Below are positions 9,389-18,421 of a stretch of 64,000 bases of DNA, in pieces. The notes below the pieces were generated by a model. That model saw nothing but the letters and a program-made list of their open reading frames with translations, searched no databases and was not told where the DNA came from. Position numbers and translations under genes: made by a program. Position 1 is the first letter of the stretch; every line of letters begins with the position of its first letter. The DNA comes from Bryobacteraceae bacterium (GTDB taxonomy: Bacteria; Acidobacteriota; Terriglobia; Bryobacterales; Bryobacteraceae): positions 14,066-78,065 of the forward strand of contig DATGIH010000526.1 of assembly GCA_035295865.1 (NCBI GenBank), written 5' to 3'.

Positions 9389-10455
9389 AGAACACGCAGG
9401 CCAGTGGCGGGAAATTCGACCACCCAGTCTTTCGCACCGCGATGCTTCTCAAACGCTGTCCGAGGAACATCCACCGCGATGCCGCCCGCGAATTCCAAGC
9501 GAACGTGCTCCAGCTTCTCGACGGCTCGTTCAAGCGTGGCAGGAATCTGGTTCATTCCCGCACGGCCGTTCCTCGGCAACGCCGCGAGCGACTCCGGACG
9601 AATGCAAATCCAAACGTGATCGCCGATTAACCGGCCCGGGAAATAAGGACCCGCCAACTCGAATTCCTGCAATCGCAAACGGCTTACGTTTCGCCCTGGA
9701 TCCAAGGCAAGAACTTCAGCCGGCAGCAGATTGTAGGTTCCCAACAATCGTGCGACGTCCACGTTAGCCGGCTGTTCGAAAATCTTCCGGGGTGTTCCGC
9801 TCTGGACGATACGGCCGTCGCGCAGGACCAGCATCTCGTCGCCGAGCTCAAGGCACTCCTCGAAATCGTGGGTGACCAAAAGAGCCGGGATTTGGAACTC
9901 GTCGCGGACCTGCCGCAGCGCCGCATATAGCTCCGCGCGTAACGGCGCGTCCAGCCCTCGCGACGGCTCATCCAACAAAACCAACCGGGGAGCGCCAATC
10001 AATGCGCGGGCAATGGAGCACCGCTGCTTCTGACCGCCCGACAATTCCTGCGGATGGCGCCCAGAAACGTCTTCCAAGTGAAATGTTTCCAGCATCGCGG
10101 CCACTTTGCGCCGCCGCTCCGGCCGCGGCGCGCGATTTAGCGCAAACTCCAGGTTCTCGCGCAACGTCATGTGCGGAAACAGCGCGTAATTCTGGAACAC
10201 GTAGCCGCAATGGCGTGCGCGCGCCGGCTTATATACGCCCGCGGCGCCGTCGAAAAGAATTTCGTCGTCCAACAAAATGCGGCCTTCATCAGGGCGAACG
10301 AATCCTGCGATGCAATCGAGCGTCAACGTTTTGCCCGCGCCGCTGGGTCCGAAAAGCACGGTGATTCCGGCGGCGGCTTTGAAGTCCACGTCGAGCGAAA
10401 AAGCCGCGGATTCCGCCCCCGGCGCAAACTGTTTGCGAATCCGCGCCTGCATCAT
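9385..10455 (-). CDS. modC: Molybdate-type ABC transporter ATP-binding protein with C-terminal TOBE/MOP domain
   Basis: Walker A GPSGAGKT, signature LSGGQKQR, Walker B LVLLDEP. The C-terminal ~110 aa are TOBE-like. 4-nt overlap with the permease gene. Confidence 0.75.
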   Translation of the reverse strand: MMQARIRKQFAPGAESAAFSLDVDFKAAAGITVLFGPSGAGKTLTLDCIAGFVRPDEGRILLDDEILFDGAAGVYKPARARHCGYVFQNYALFPHMTLRENLEFALNRAPRPERRRKVAAMLETFHLEDVSGRHPQELSGGQKQRCSIARALIGAPRLVLLDEPSRGLDAPLRAELYAALRQVRDEFQIPALLVTHDFEECLELGDEMLVLRDGRIVQSGTPRKIFEQPANVDVARLLGTYNLLPAEVLALDPGRNVSRLRLQEFELAGPYFPGRLIGDHVWICIRPESLAALPRNGRAGMNQIPATLERAVEKLEHVRLEFAGGIAVDVPRTAFEKHRGAKDWVVEFPATGLRVL

Positions 10456-11147
10456 AGTGCAGTTTGGCGCGGACCGTACGGGTTCGTAGTCAGGCGATTA
10501 GCGAGCGTCAGCACCAGGATCGCGATGGCGGAAATGATCAGCACTAGCACGCGCGCGGCTCTGCCGTTGTTCGATTCCACGGCGTCGTAGATGGCGAGCG
10601 CTACGGTTTGGGTGCGGCCAGGGATATTGCCCGCGATCATCAGCGTCACTCCGAAATCGCCGAGCGATCTCGCGAATGCCAGCGCGGCGGCGGCCAGAAT
10701 CGAACGGCGCGCCAGCGGCAGCGTCACGCGCCAGAACAACCGCGCTTCGGAGGCTCCCAAGGTCCGCGCGGCGCGTTCGTATGAGCGATCCACGCTCTCA
10801 AACGCCGCACGCGCCGACTTCACCAGCAGCGGCGTGGAATGAAACAGCGCCGCAACCACGGCTGCCTGCCAGGAAAAAACCAGCGGCTCGCCGAACAGCC
10901 ATTCGTAGAGTTTTCCCACGGGACTGTTGCGCCCGAGCACGACCAGCAAGTAATACCCGAGCACTGTCGGCGGCAGCACCAGCGGCAACGTCACGGCGGA
11001 ATCCAGAAGCTCCTTACCGCGAAACTGAGTGTTGGCCAGGATCCATGCCAAACCGAGCCCGATGACCAATGCAAACGCAGTGGAGAGGATGGCCACGCGC
11101 AGACTAAGCCACAGCGGGAACCAATCGATGGGCATCGGACGTCTCAT
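10452..11147 (-). CDS. modB: Molybdate-type ABC transporter permease
   Basis: Five to six TM helices with an EAA-like loop (SYERAARTLGASEARLFWRVTLPLA). I place the start at MRRPMPIDWFPLW. The upstream 22 codons in the track read through a dispersed repeat. Confidence 0.75.
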   Translation of the reverse strand: MRRPMPIDWFPLWLSLRVAILSTAFALVIGLGLAWILANTQFRGKELLDSAVTLPLVLPPTVLGYYLLVVLGRNSPVGKLYEWLFGEPLVFSWQAAVVAALFHSTPLLVKSARAAFESVDRSYERAARTLGASEARLFWRVTLPLARRSILAAAALAFARSLGDFGVTLMIAGNIPGRTQTVALAIYDAVESNNGRAARVLVLIISAIAILVLTLANRLTTNPYGPRQTAL

Positions 11148-11167
11148 GGTATCGCAGGCCCAAGTTA

Positions 11168-11200
11168 CCGAACCGCGACCGCAAGGAAGCGCAACCACGA
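11168..11200. repeat. Short dispersed repeat, copy 1
   Basis: CCGAACCGCGACCGCAAGGAAGCGCAACCACGA matches 22656-22689 (CCGAACCGCGACCGCGAGGGAGCGCTACCACGGA) at about 29 of 32 aligned positions, in the same orientation. Confidence 0.6.
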
Positions 11201-11236
11201 GCGGTCCGGGCACCGGTTTATGATACAGTCCCGACC

Positions 11237-11740
11237 ATGCGAGCCTGCCTGCCGATTTTCTTCCTCGCCGCGACCGTTGCGTTCACTCAAAAAATCACCA
11301 TCGAATTCGATCAGACGGCCGATTTCGCGAAATATCACACCTTCGCGATCCGGCATGGTGATCTGAATAGTAAGAATCCCGCGCTAAACAGCGAGCTGGT
11401 GAAAAAACAGATCGAGGCGGATATCGTCCGCTACCTGAGCGCGCGCGGTTTGCAGATGGTGACCGGTCCGTCGGACTTGAACGTTCGTTATCATTTCGGC
11501 ACGGCGCGCAAAGTGGAGCTAGAACAATATCCGGCCGGATGGCGAGGTTGGGGTACCCGCGTGGTGCGAGTGCCGTACACCGAGGGAACGTTGGTGCTCG
11601 ATCTGCGCGATGCAAGTGTCCATGCACTCGTCTGGCGCGGCATCGCGAGCGAAGAAAAAAGCGACCCGGCGAAGATCGAATCGAAGCTGGACAATATGGT
11701 GAAGAAGGCGTTTGAGAAATATCCGCCGAAGGTGAAGTGA
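11237..11740 (+). CDS. DUF4136 domain lipoprotein-like protein
   Basis: Signal peptide MRACLPIFFLAATVAF. The YHTFAI start and the late block GTLVLDLRDASVHALVWRGIA are typical of DUF4136. Confidence 0.65.
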   Translation: MRACLPIFFLAATVAFTQKITIEFDQTADFAKYHTFAIRHGDLNSKNPALNSELVKKQIEADIVRYLSARGLQMVTGPSDLNVRYHFGTARKVELEQYPAGWRGWGTRVVRVPYTEGTLVLDLRDASVHALVWRGIASEEKSDPAKIESKLDNMVKKAFEKYPPKVK

Positions 11741-11768
11741 GTGCGATTTTGATATTGCGACTGAAAAT

Positions 11769-12356
11769 ATGGCAACGAAGGAAGACATTCTTGAACAGCT
11801 CGTGGAAGAATTTTTGATTCACCGGGGCTATTTTGTCCGTCACAATGTCAAATATCTTCCTCGTAAAGACCACGTAGATTTCAACAGCAAACACGACTCG
11901 AATCATAGCGACATTGACGTCCTTGCGTTTCATCCGCGACGATCAGGTGCGGATCGAGTGTGGGCAGTCAGCTGTAAAAGTTGGCAAGCCGGCTTCGATC
12001 CAGCAGTGAAGATTGACGAAATCCAAAGGGACAAAATCGTGAGTGGCAGGCGCGCATGGAAAGGGTTTCGCGAATTGGTTAAACCTAAATGGTCTGAAGC
12101 ATTCATTGGAGCAGTCAAAAACGCTACCGGCGAATCTTGCTTCACATACGTCACTGCCGTAACGCGGCTGTATGGTGACAAGTCGCTTTGGGAGAACAAC
12201 CCTTCGTTCCGCAATGCCATGTGGAATAATCCCATAAGATTACTCACCCTTCGGGAGATGCTCGACGAAGTCTATAGAGAAATGAACACAACTCTTGCCG
12301 GAACCGAATTGGGTCGCACCCTCCAATTGTTCCGTGCGGCGGGTGTGCAGATGTAG
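11769..12356 (+). CDS. Hypothetical protein with restriction-endonuclease-like (Mrr/PD-(D/E)xK-like) N-terminal pattern
   Basis: The pattern LEQLVEEFLIHRGYFV...SDIDVLAF...RVWAVSCKSW resembles Mrr-cat-type nuclease cores (GY-x-V, D-x-D, x-C-K). The gene is visibly more A/T-rich than its neighbours, with many A/T-ending codons. Confidence 0.55.
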   Translation: MATKEDILEQLVEEFLIHRGYFVRHNVKYLPRKDHVDFNSKHDSNHSDIDVLAFHPRRSGADRVWAVSCKSWQAGFDPAVKIDEIQRDKIVSGRRAWKGFRELVKPKWSEAFIGAVKNATGESCFTYVTAVTRLYGDKSLWENNPSFRNAMWNNPIRLLTLREMLDEVYREMNTTLAGTELGRTLQLFRAAGVQM

Positions 12357-12391
12357 CCGATATACAAACTTCTCCGTCGGGCTCGGCGTAT

Positions 12392-14098
12392 TTATCTTAC
12401 GCCCGTATTGCTATAAAACAACCAATAACTATCCCCCACCCGCACCGTCGGCTCCGTCAACTCGGGCCAGAATTTGAATCCGGGATCGTAGGCGTACCGC
12501 GTTTCGCCGAAAATTCCGAGCTTCAGCGCGGTCAAGCCCACCACGTTCCACCCCGGCCTTGGACCATTCACGTCCAGCGGATGAATGAACGGCAATCCAT
12601 ACAGCTTTTGGATATCGCCCGATGGGAATTGATTGAAGTAGATCTCGGTCGCGCCGAGTTCTTTCAGCTTCGCGGCCAAACGCTTCGTATCCTGACACCA
12701 ATCGAGCTCGGAATCCACCAAAAAGGCTTCCGGCTTGCCCCCGGCCAGCAGGTTGAAATAAGCCAGATAATTCGGATGCGCGGCGAGCGACGTCACGGCG
12801 GCCAGCGCCAGCGTTACCACCACAGCCGCTTGCGCCAGCGCGCGATGTTTCACCAAATTCGCCAACCAAACAGCGGCGCACGCTCCCGCGATGTCGATCG
12901 CTGCAAATACCGGGAGCACATGCCGGCTGCCGATCCGGATCTGCGAAAAGAACGACGAGAAGATCAGGATACCCAACACCACGCTCGGCGCAATCCATCC
13001 ACGCGTTCCGTATTTCTTGCGCGAGAAGAGCAACACCAGGCCAATGATGCCGAGCGCCAGAATCGGCAGCGGCGTTTTCAGCGCGATCCCAACCAGATAA
13101 AACTGCGGCCAGCCCGTGGTGTTGACGGCTCCCATCAAGTACGTCAGGTGGCCGGTGGAATTGTGCTTTTCCACTTCATTGATGCCGCTGAACAACTCGG
13201 GTGCCGGAACACGGAAAGAAAAATCCGCCGTCTTTCCGAACGAAAACAGGTACCCGGCCCAAATCACCATCGCCGCGATCGCTCCGGCCGCCAACGCTTG
13301 GGGCAGCCGTTGCCACACCAGTGCGGGCAATTGCCGGATTCGCGCGCGTTCCATCACCAGCCAAATCACCAGCGCCACGGCGGCGACCATGGGGAAAAAC
13401 GCCAGGGTCGAAAACTTGGAGAGTACGGCCAATCCCAAAGCTCCACCGAACAAGGCCGCGCGCCGCCACACCGGATCTTCCATCCAGCGCCAGCCGCTGT
13501 AGATCGCGAGCCACAGCATCGCGGTGAGTCCCATGTCGGTAGTGGCCAATCCGCCGTGCGCCAAAATGGTTGGCGTCATGCTGACCAGGAACACCGCGAG
13601 CACGGCCGCGGAAGCGCTGCCCGAAATCCAGCGCGTACAGGAAAACGCGATCCAGCAAGTGATCCAGAAGAACGGCAGGATGCCCAGGCGCGCCAGCGAA
13701 AGATTGAAATCCTCGGCGCCGCGCATGAACAGGATCGCCAGTCCGTCGTCCCACATGCCTTTTTTGTTGAAGCCATGCGCGCCGAAAAGCTTGGGCAGCA
13801 CGGCGGTCATCACGCGCGCCAGCGGTGGATGCTGCGGCTCGTAGGTATAGGTGTGTTTCTCGATCCACTCCATGCCGCACGCAATGTGAGCCGGCTCGTC
13901 GAAGGTGTGGCTGAACACGGTGTAGGTCGAAACAATTCGGACGGTTGCAAGCGCGGCCAACCCGATGGCGATCGCGACAGCATGCCGCGCCAGAAAGGTC
14001 TCGAATCGCACCCAGTATCCGGGACTCGCAGATTTTTTCTCCTCCACCGTGACGGTCGCGCGAGATGTTGCAGCCGCGGCCTTGGCGCGCTTTGCCAT
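12392..14098 (-). CDS. Glycosyltransferase family 39 (ArnT/PMT-like) membrane protein
   Basis: At least 10 TM helices. First periplasmic loop carries the FDEPAHIACGMEW (DE-x-x-H) motif. Large C-terminal soluble domain. Confidence 0.8.
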   Translation of the reverse strand: MAKRAKAAAATSRATVTVEEKKSASPGYWVRFETFLARHAVAIAIGLAALATVRIVSTYTVFSHTFDEPAHIACGMEWIEKHTYTYEPQHPPLARVMTAVLPKLFGAHGFNKKGMWDDGLAILFMRGAEDFNLSLARLGILPFFWITCWIAFSCTRWISGSASAAVLAVFLVSMTPTILAHGGLATTDMGLTAMLWLAIYSGWRWMEDPVWRRAALFGGALGLAVLSKFSTLAFFPMVAAVALVIWLVMERARIRQLPALVWQRLPQALAAGAIAAMVIWAGYLFSFGKTADFSFRVPAPELFSGINEVEKHNSTGHLTYLMGAVNTTGWPQFYLVGIALKTPLPILALGIIGLVLLFSRKKYGTRGWIAPSVVLGILIFSSFFSQIRIGSRHVLPVFAAIDIAGACAAVWLANLVKHRALAQAAVVVTLALAAVTSLAAHPNYLAYFNLLAGGKPEAFLVDSELDWCQDTKRLAAKLKELGATEIYFNQFPSGDIQKLYGLPFIHPLDVNGPRPGWNVVGLTALKLGIFGETRYAYDPGFKFWPELTEPTVRVGDSYWLFYSNTGVR

Positions 14099-14187
14099 AA
14101 AGTCAGAATGCCGTACCAGTCTTGTGTTCGCAACCCGCGCCCGCGCCCCCTCGCTTACAACGCCTGAAATCCTGTTATTTGGGGGTT

Positions 14188-14196
14188 TGGTATAAT
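14188..14196 (+). promoter_or_regulatory. Candidate extended -10 promoter element (TGgTATAAT) upstream of phoH
   Basis: A perfect TATAAT at 14191-14196 is preceded by TGn. It lies 125 nt upstream of the phoH ATG in the divergent 222-bp intergenic region. No convincing -35 element. Confidence 0.3.
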
Positions 14197-14320
14197 TTAG
14201 TGCAGATGTTTTTTCTCTATCCGCCCTCGCGGATGAAGGTCGCCAGCCCCGCCTCTAACCGCTCGCATGGAACGCCAGCCTGTCCCGCTGTTCCGCAATG
14301 CATTTAAGCCTCTTTTTTGA

Positions 14321-15376
14321 ATGAAACTCAGCGTTCAGATCACCCGCGGCATTGAGTCCCTTTTCGGAACCCGCGACGAGAACATCCGGGTCTTGGAAAA
14401 AGGTCTCAGTGTCACCACCAGCCTGCGGAACGACTCGCTCGAGATCGAAGGCGAAGAGCCGAACGTCATCCGTGCGGCAAGCATTCTTGAGGATTACGTT
14501 GCGTTGGTCAAGGAAGGGCAGACCTTCCCGAACGGCGATTTGAATAGTTACCTGCGCGTGGTCACGGAAGATCCGGAAGTGACGTTGCGCAGCCTGGTGC
14601 ACAGTGGACGGCAACGGAACTTCGGTAAAAAAACGCTGGCGCCCAAAACCGTAAATCAGCGGCGCTACGTGGAAGCGATCGAGCGCCACGATCTGGTGTT
14701 CGGCGTGGGACCGGCGGGCACGGGCAAAACTTATCTCGCCGTTGCCATGGCAGTCTCGGCCCTGCTGAACAAACGCGTGAGCCGCATCGTGCTGACGCGC
14801 CCGGCGGTGGAGGCCGGCGAGCGGCTGGGGTTCTTACCAGGAAATCTGCAGGAAAAAGTGGATCCTTATCTGCGCCCCTTGTACGACGCGCTCTACGACA
14901 TGCTGGATGCCGAGAAAGTGGAGAAGCTGCTGGAGCGCGCCGTCATTGAAGTAGCGCCCATTGCGTTCATGCGCGGCAGAACGTTGAACGACAGCTTCAT
15001 CATCCTGGATGAAGCGCAGAACAGCACGCCCGAGCAGATGAAAATGGTGCTGACGCGCCAAGGGTTCAACTCCAAAATGGTGGTCACCGGCGACCTCACG
15101 CAGATCGATCTGCCGTCCGGCAAGCGCAGCGGTTTGATCGACGCGGCGGACGTCCTGCGCGGAATCGAAGGCATCAGTTTTGTGTACTTCGACGAGCGGG
15201 ACGTCGTTCGTCACAGCCTGGTGCAAAAAATCGTGAAAGCCTACGAGCGATATCAAGAGATCACGGGCGCCGGCCGGCAGCTCGCGCTCAAGCTATCGGA
15301 ACCGCCCGCTGAGGCGCTCCCTCCAACTCCGGAACCCCCCGCGCTCGTGCAGGGTCCCGAAATTCCGCTCAACTGA
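14321..15376 (+). CDS. phoH: PhoH family ATPase
   Basis: Walker A GPAGTGKTYLAVA, Walker B FIILDEAQN, and the TGDLTQIDLP motif. It heads the conserved phoH-ybeY-CNNM-era order. Confidence 0.92.
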   Translation: MKLSVQITRGIESLFGTRDENIRVLEKGLSVTTSLRNDSLEIEGEEPNVIRAASILEDYVALVKEGQTFPNGDLNSYLRVVTEDPEVTLRSLVHSGRQRNFGKKTLAPKTVNQRRYVEAIERHDLVFGVGPAGTGKTYLAVAMAVSALLNKRVSRIVLTRPAVEAGERLGFLPGNLQEKVDPYLRPLYDALYDMLDAEKVEKLLERAVIEVAPIAFMRGRTLNDSFIILDEAQNSTPEQMKMVLTRQGFNSKMVVTGDLTQIDLPSGKRSGLIDAADVLRGIEGISFVYFDERDVVRHSLVQKIVKAYERYQEITGAGRQLALKLSEPPAEALPPTPEPPALVQGPEIPLN

Positions 15377-15383
15377 GTTTGCC

Positions 15384-15836
15384 ATGTCATCGCAGCAGAG
15401 CGCTCTGCTTTTTCAAGTTGCAACTACAGGACTGTCTCGGCGCGGGTTGCGCGCGTTTCAGAAGCGCCTGCAACTGGAAGTGGGCGGCGGACATGGATTC
15501 TGCTGCTTGATCGCGGACGATGCCGAGCTGCGGCGGTTGAATCGGGAATTTCGCCGGAAGGATTATCCGACAGACGTGCTGTCGTTCCCTTCAGTAAAGC
15601 AAGCCGGAGACTTGCCCCACGGCGAAATAGCCATCTCTTACGATGCAGCTCGCAGGCAGTCGCAGGAATACGGACACTCCGTTGAACAAGAACTAAAGAT
15701 TCTCATGCTGCATGGTCTGCTCCACCTGCTCGGCATGGATCACGAAACCGACGGCGGCCACATGTCGAAAGCGGAACGAAAGTGGCGCATCCGCCTTGGC
15801 CTCCCGGCGGGTTTGATCGAAAGGGTCGGCGCATGA
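15384..15836 (+). CDS. ybeY: rRNA maturation endoribonuclease YbeY
   Basis: Zinc motif HGLLHLLGMDH and the TDVLSFP block. Confidence 0.92.
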   Translation: MSSQQSALLFQVATTGLSRRGLRAFQKRLQLEVGGGHGFCCLIADDAELRRLNREFRRKDYPTDVLSFPSVKQAGDLPHGEIAISYDAARRQSQEYGHSVEQELKILMLHGLLHLLGMDHETDGGHMSKAERKWRIRLGLPAGLIERVGA

Positions 15837-17104
15837 TCGGCCTGGCTCTGGCGGCGATTCTCCTGGTTGCGGCGGTGCTCTGCATCCTCACCGTGTTCCA
15901 AACCATGTACACGGATTCCCTGCGGCTGCGCGGTCCCGATCTTCCGGCGCTCGAATTCTTCAAAGAAACGCTGGAAGATCGCATTGGCCTGGAAACGCGC
16001 CACGGCGTGCTCGTGATCTCGATGATCAAGCACACGCTGCTTTTGTTGCTCGGAATCCTGTGCATCGCGGCCGCCTGGGGCGCGCCTGTCGGCTGGGAGC
16101 TTCTACTGGAAGCCTCGCTCTTCGGTTGGCTCACAATGCTGCTTTCCACCTACGTTCTCGCGCCGCTGCTCTACCGAAAAACCAGCGGCCATTGGCTGCT
16201 CCCGCTGGCCCCGATTCTTAAAACCTGCGCGCTGCTGGTGCGCCCGCTCACCGCCGTCCTGGGATTCTTCCAATCGCTGGTGGAACTCGCGGAGCCGGAA
16301 AAAGTTCAGGTGGAAGCTCCCGGGCCGGCCAACGATATCGACGCGCTGATTTCGGCCGGCGAGGAAGAAGGAATCATCGAAGCGCAGGATCGAAAGCTGA
16401 TCGAGAGCGTGGTGGCGTTCGGCGACAAAACCGTGCGCGAGATCATGACGCCGCGCCCGAAAATCGTAGCCATTGAAGCGAACCGGTCGCTTGAGAATCT
16501 GCGCGAGCTGGTAATCCATGAGCAATATTCGCGCGTTCCGGTTTACGAACACAGCATCGACAACATTATCGGATTCGTCCACGTGCGCGATGTGTTTGAG
16601 CTCGATCCTGCCGAACGCCGCGGGCGCTTGGTGCAGGAATTGGTTCGTCCCATTCGCTTTGTTCCGGAAACCAAGCCGGTCAACACTCTGCTGCGCGAAA
16701 TGCAGAATGACGGCGCGCATATGGCCATCGTGATCGACGAGTACGGCAACACAGCGGGCCTTGCCACCATGGAGGATATGGTGGAGGAGATCGTCGGCGA
16801 AATCCACGACGAGCATGAGCCGGAGCGCGACGTCCAAAAAGAAACGGAAGGGAGCTTCGTGGTATCCGGCAGCCTGGACCTGGACCGGCTGCGGGAGTTG
16901 CTTGGCTTCCGGCCGCGTGAAGAAACCGAATCCACTACCATCGGCGGACTCATCACAGAATGGCTGGGCCGCGTTCCGCGCGTGGGTGAGACGCTGGAGC
17001 GGGAAGGCATTCGCATGGAAGTGCTGGCAGGCGACGAATTGAAAGTGGACCGGGTTCGCATCTCGAAAGCCGAGGCGGAAACCGTCACGCAAGGGCAGGC
17101 ATGA
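15833..17104 (+). CDS. CNNM/hemolysin family transporter (DUF21 + CBS pair + CorC_HlyC)
   Basis: I place the start at the ATG at 15833, which forms an ATGA overlap with the ybeY stop. N-terminal 4-TM DUF21, CBS region (VREIMTPR...SRVPVY) and C-terminal CorC/HlyC-like domain. Confidence 0.88.
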   Translation: MIGLALAAILLVAAVLCILTVFQTMYTDSLRLRGPDLPALEFFKETLEDRIGLETRHGVLVISMIKHTLLLLLGILCIAAAWGAPVGWELLLEASLFGWLTMLLSTYVLAPLLYRKTSGHWLLPLAPILKTCALLVRPLTAVLGFFQSLVELAEPEKVQVEAPGPANDIDALISAGEEEGIIEAQDRKLIESVVAFGDKTVREIMTPRPKIVAIEANRSLENLRELVIHEQYSRVPVYEHSIDNIIGFVHVRDVFELDPAERRGRLVQELVRPIRFVPETKPVNTLLREMQNDGAHMAIVIDEYGNTAGLATMEDMVEEIVGEIHDEHEPERDVQKETEGSFVVSGSLDLDRLRELLGFRPREETESTTIGGLITEWLGRVPRVGETLEREGIRMEVLAGDELKVDRVRISKAEAETVTQGQA

Positions 17105-18024
17105 CGCCGTTATCCGCGGGATTCCGCTCCGGTTTTGTTTCTATCCTGGGCCGTCCCAACGCCGGAAAATCCACGCTGTTGAACACTCTGGTGGGCGGCA
17201 AGCTCGCAATCGTTTCTGAAAAGCCGCAGACCACGCGCACCGCCATCGAAGGCGTGGCGAATTTCGAGAACGCGCAAGTCGTCTTCCTCGACACGCCCGG
17301 CATCCACAAATCGAATTCGCTGCTGAACCAGCGCATGATGCACAGCGTTCGCGGGTCGCTTGCGGATCGGGATTTGCTGCTTTACCTCGCCGATTGCACC
17401 GCGAAGTTCAGCCCCGAAGACAGCGAGGCCCTGGAAGTCCTTCGCGATGTTTCGACGCCTGCTTTTCTTCTGCTAACCAAAGTCGACAAGCTCTCCGACA
17501 AACGAATGCTGCTTCCCCGCATCGAGCAGTTTAAAGCCGTGCGCGAGTTTGAGGAATACATTCCGATCTCCGCAGTGTCTGGCGAGGGGTTGCAAAGGCT
17601 GCGCGAAGCGATCGTCAAAAAGCTTCCCGAAGGTCCGGCTTATTTTCCGCCGGACTATCTCACCGACCAGCCGGAGCGCTTCCTCGCCGCCGAGTTGATT
17701 CGCGAACGAATTTTGCGCGAAACCCGGCAGGAAATTCCCCATGCGGTAGCCGTTGTCGTGGAGGATTGGAAAGATGAGCCGAAGCTCCTTCGCATCACGG
17801 CCACAATTTACGTGGAACGCGACGGCCAGAAAGCGATCGTCATCGGCGCGAAAGGCGCGAGTCTGAAGAAAATCGGAACCCTCGCTCGTGAGGAAATGGA
17901 GAAAATGTTCTCGCGCAAGATTTTTCTCCAGCTCTTCGTCAAGGTTCGTAAAGATTGGCGTGAGAATCCGGAATTTCTAAATGCCATTGACTGGCGAGCC
18001 ATGCGGGGTGGAGAATCAGAATGA
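17101..18024 (+). CDS. era: GTPase Era
   Basis: G1 GRPNAGKST, G3 DTPG, G4 TKVD, and a C-terminal KH domain. ATGA overlap with the upstream gene. Confidence 0.95.
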   Translation: MTPLSAGFRSGFVSILGRPNAGKSTLLNTLVGGKLAIVSEKPQTTRTAIEGVANFENAQVVFLDTPGIHKSNSLLNQRMMHSVRGSLADRDLLLYLADCTAKFSPEDSEALEVLRDVSTPAFLLLTKVDKLSDKRMLLPRIEQFKAVREFEEYIPISAVSGEGLQRLREAIVKKLPEGPAYFPPDYLTDQPERFLAAELIRERILRETRQEIPHAVAVVVEDWKDEPKLLRITATIYVERDGQKAIVIGAKGASLKKIGTLAREEMEKMFSRKIFLQLFVKVRKDWRENPEFLNAIDWRAMRGGESE

Positions 18025-18314
18025 TGCTGCGATTTCTCTCGCTCACAGTGGTGTGCGCTCTGTTGCTGATGCCTTTGCTCGCCCAAAAAGCCCCGGCCAC
18101 CGACGACGAGCTCACCGATCAGGTTCTCGTGAAGCTAGCAAGCGATGCGGATCTCGGCGGCGTGAAGTTCGACGTCACCGTACATCAGGGCGCCGTTACC
18201 CTGAAGGGCAAAGTTCGGACCGAGAAGCAAAAGACGAAAGCAGAGAAGGTAGCCAAGAAGGTAAAAGGCGTTACCAGCGTGGTCAATGAGCTAGTGATCA
18301 GTCCGCTGGATTGA
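18021..18314 (+). CDS. BON domain protein (secreted)
   Basis: Signal peptide MMLRFLSLTVVCALLLMPLLAQ. BON pattern VTVHQGAVTLKGKV...KAEKVAKKVKGVTSVVNEL. Confidence 0.8.
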   Translation: MMLRFLSLTVVCALLLMPLLAQKAPATDDELTDQVLVKLASDADLGGVKFDVTVHQGAVTLKGKVRTEKQKTKAEKVAKKVKGVTSVVNELVISPLD

Positions 18315-18371
18315 GCGCGACTTCGGCGCAACTCCAAAGCCAGAAGCCGTATTCACAAGGGTTTACAGTTC

Positions 18372-18401
18372 TTGACAGACATCCGGTAACCCTCGTAACT
18401 T
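18372..18401 (+). promoter_or_regulatory. Candidate sigma-70-type promoter (TTGACA-N18-TAACTT)
   Basis: A perfect TTGACA at 18372-18377 with TAACTT at 18396-18401, about 20 nt upstream of the GTG at 18422 that opens a signal peptide. Confidence 0.3.
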
Positions 18402-18421
18402 CTTCTGCGCCAAGTAAATTA

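Noticed and set aside
12581-14167. 528-aa ORF antisense to the GT39 glycosyltransferase gene
   Set aside because: The translation is extremely Arg/Gln/His/Pro-rich, with no hydrophobic core or motifs. The opposite strand encodes a coherent multi-TM protein with the DE-x-x-H motif.
16103-17092. 329-aa ORF antisense to the CNNM/CorC gene (also 16543-17088)
   Set aside because: Shadow ORFs. The + strand product has clear DUF21, CBS and CorC domains and sits in the conserved ybeY-CNNM-era order.
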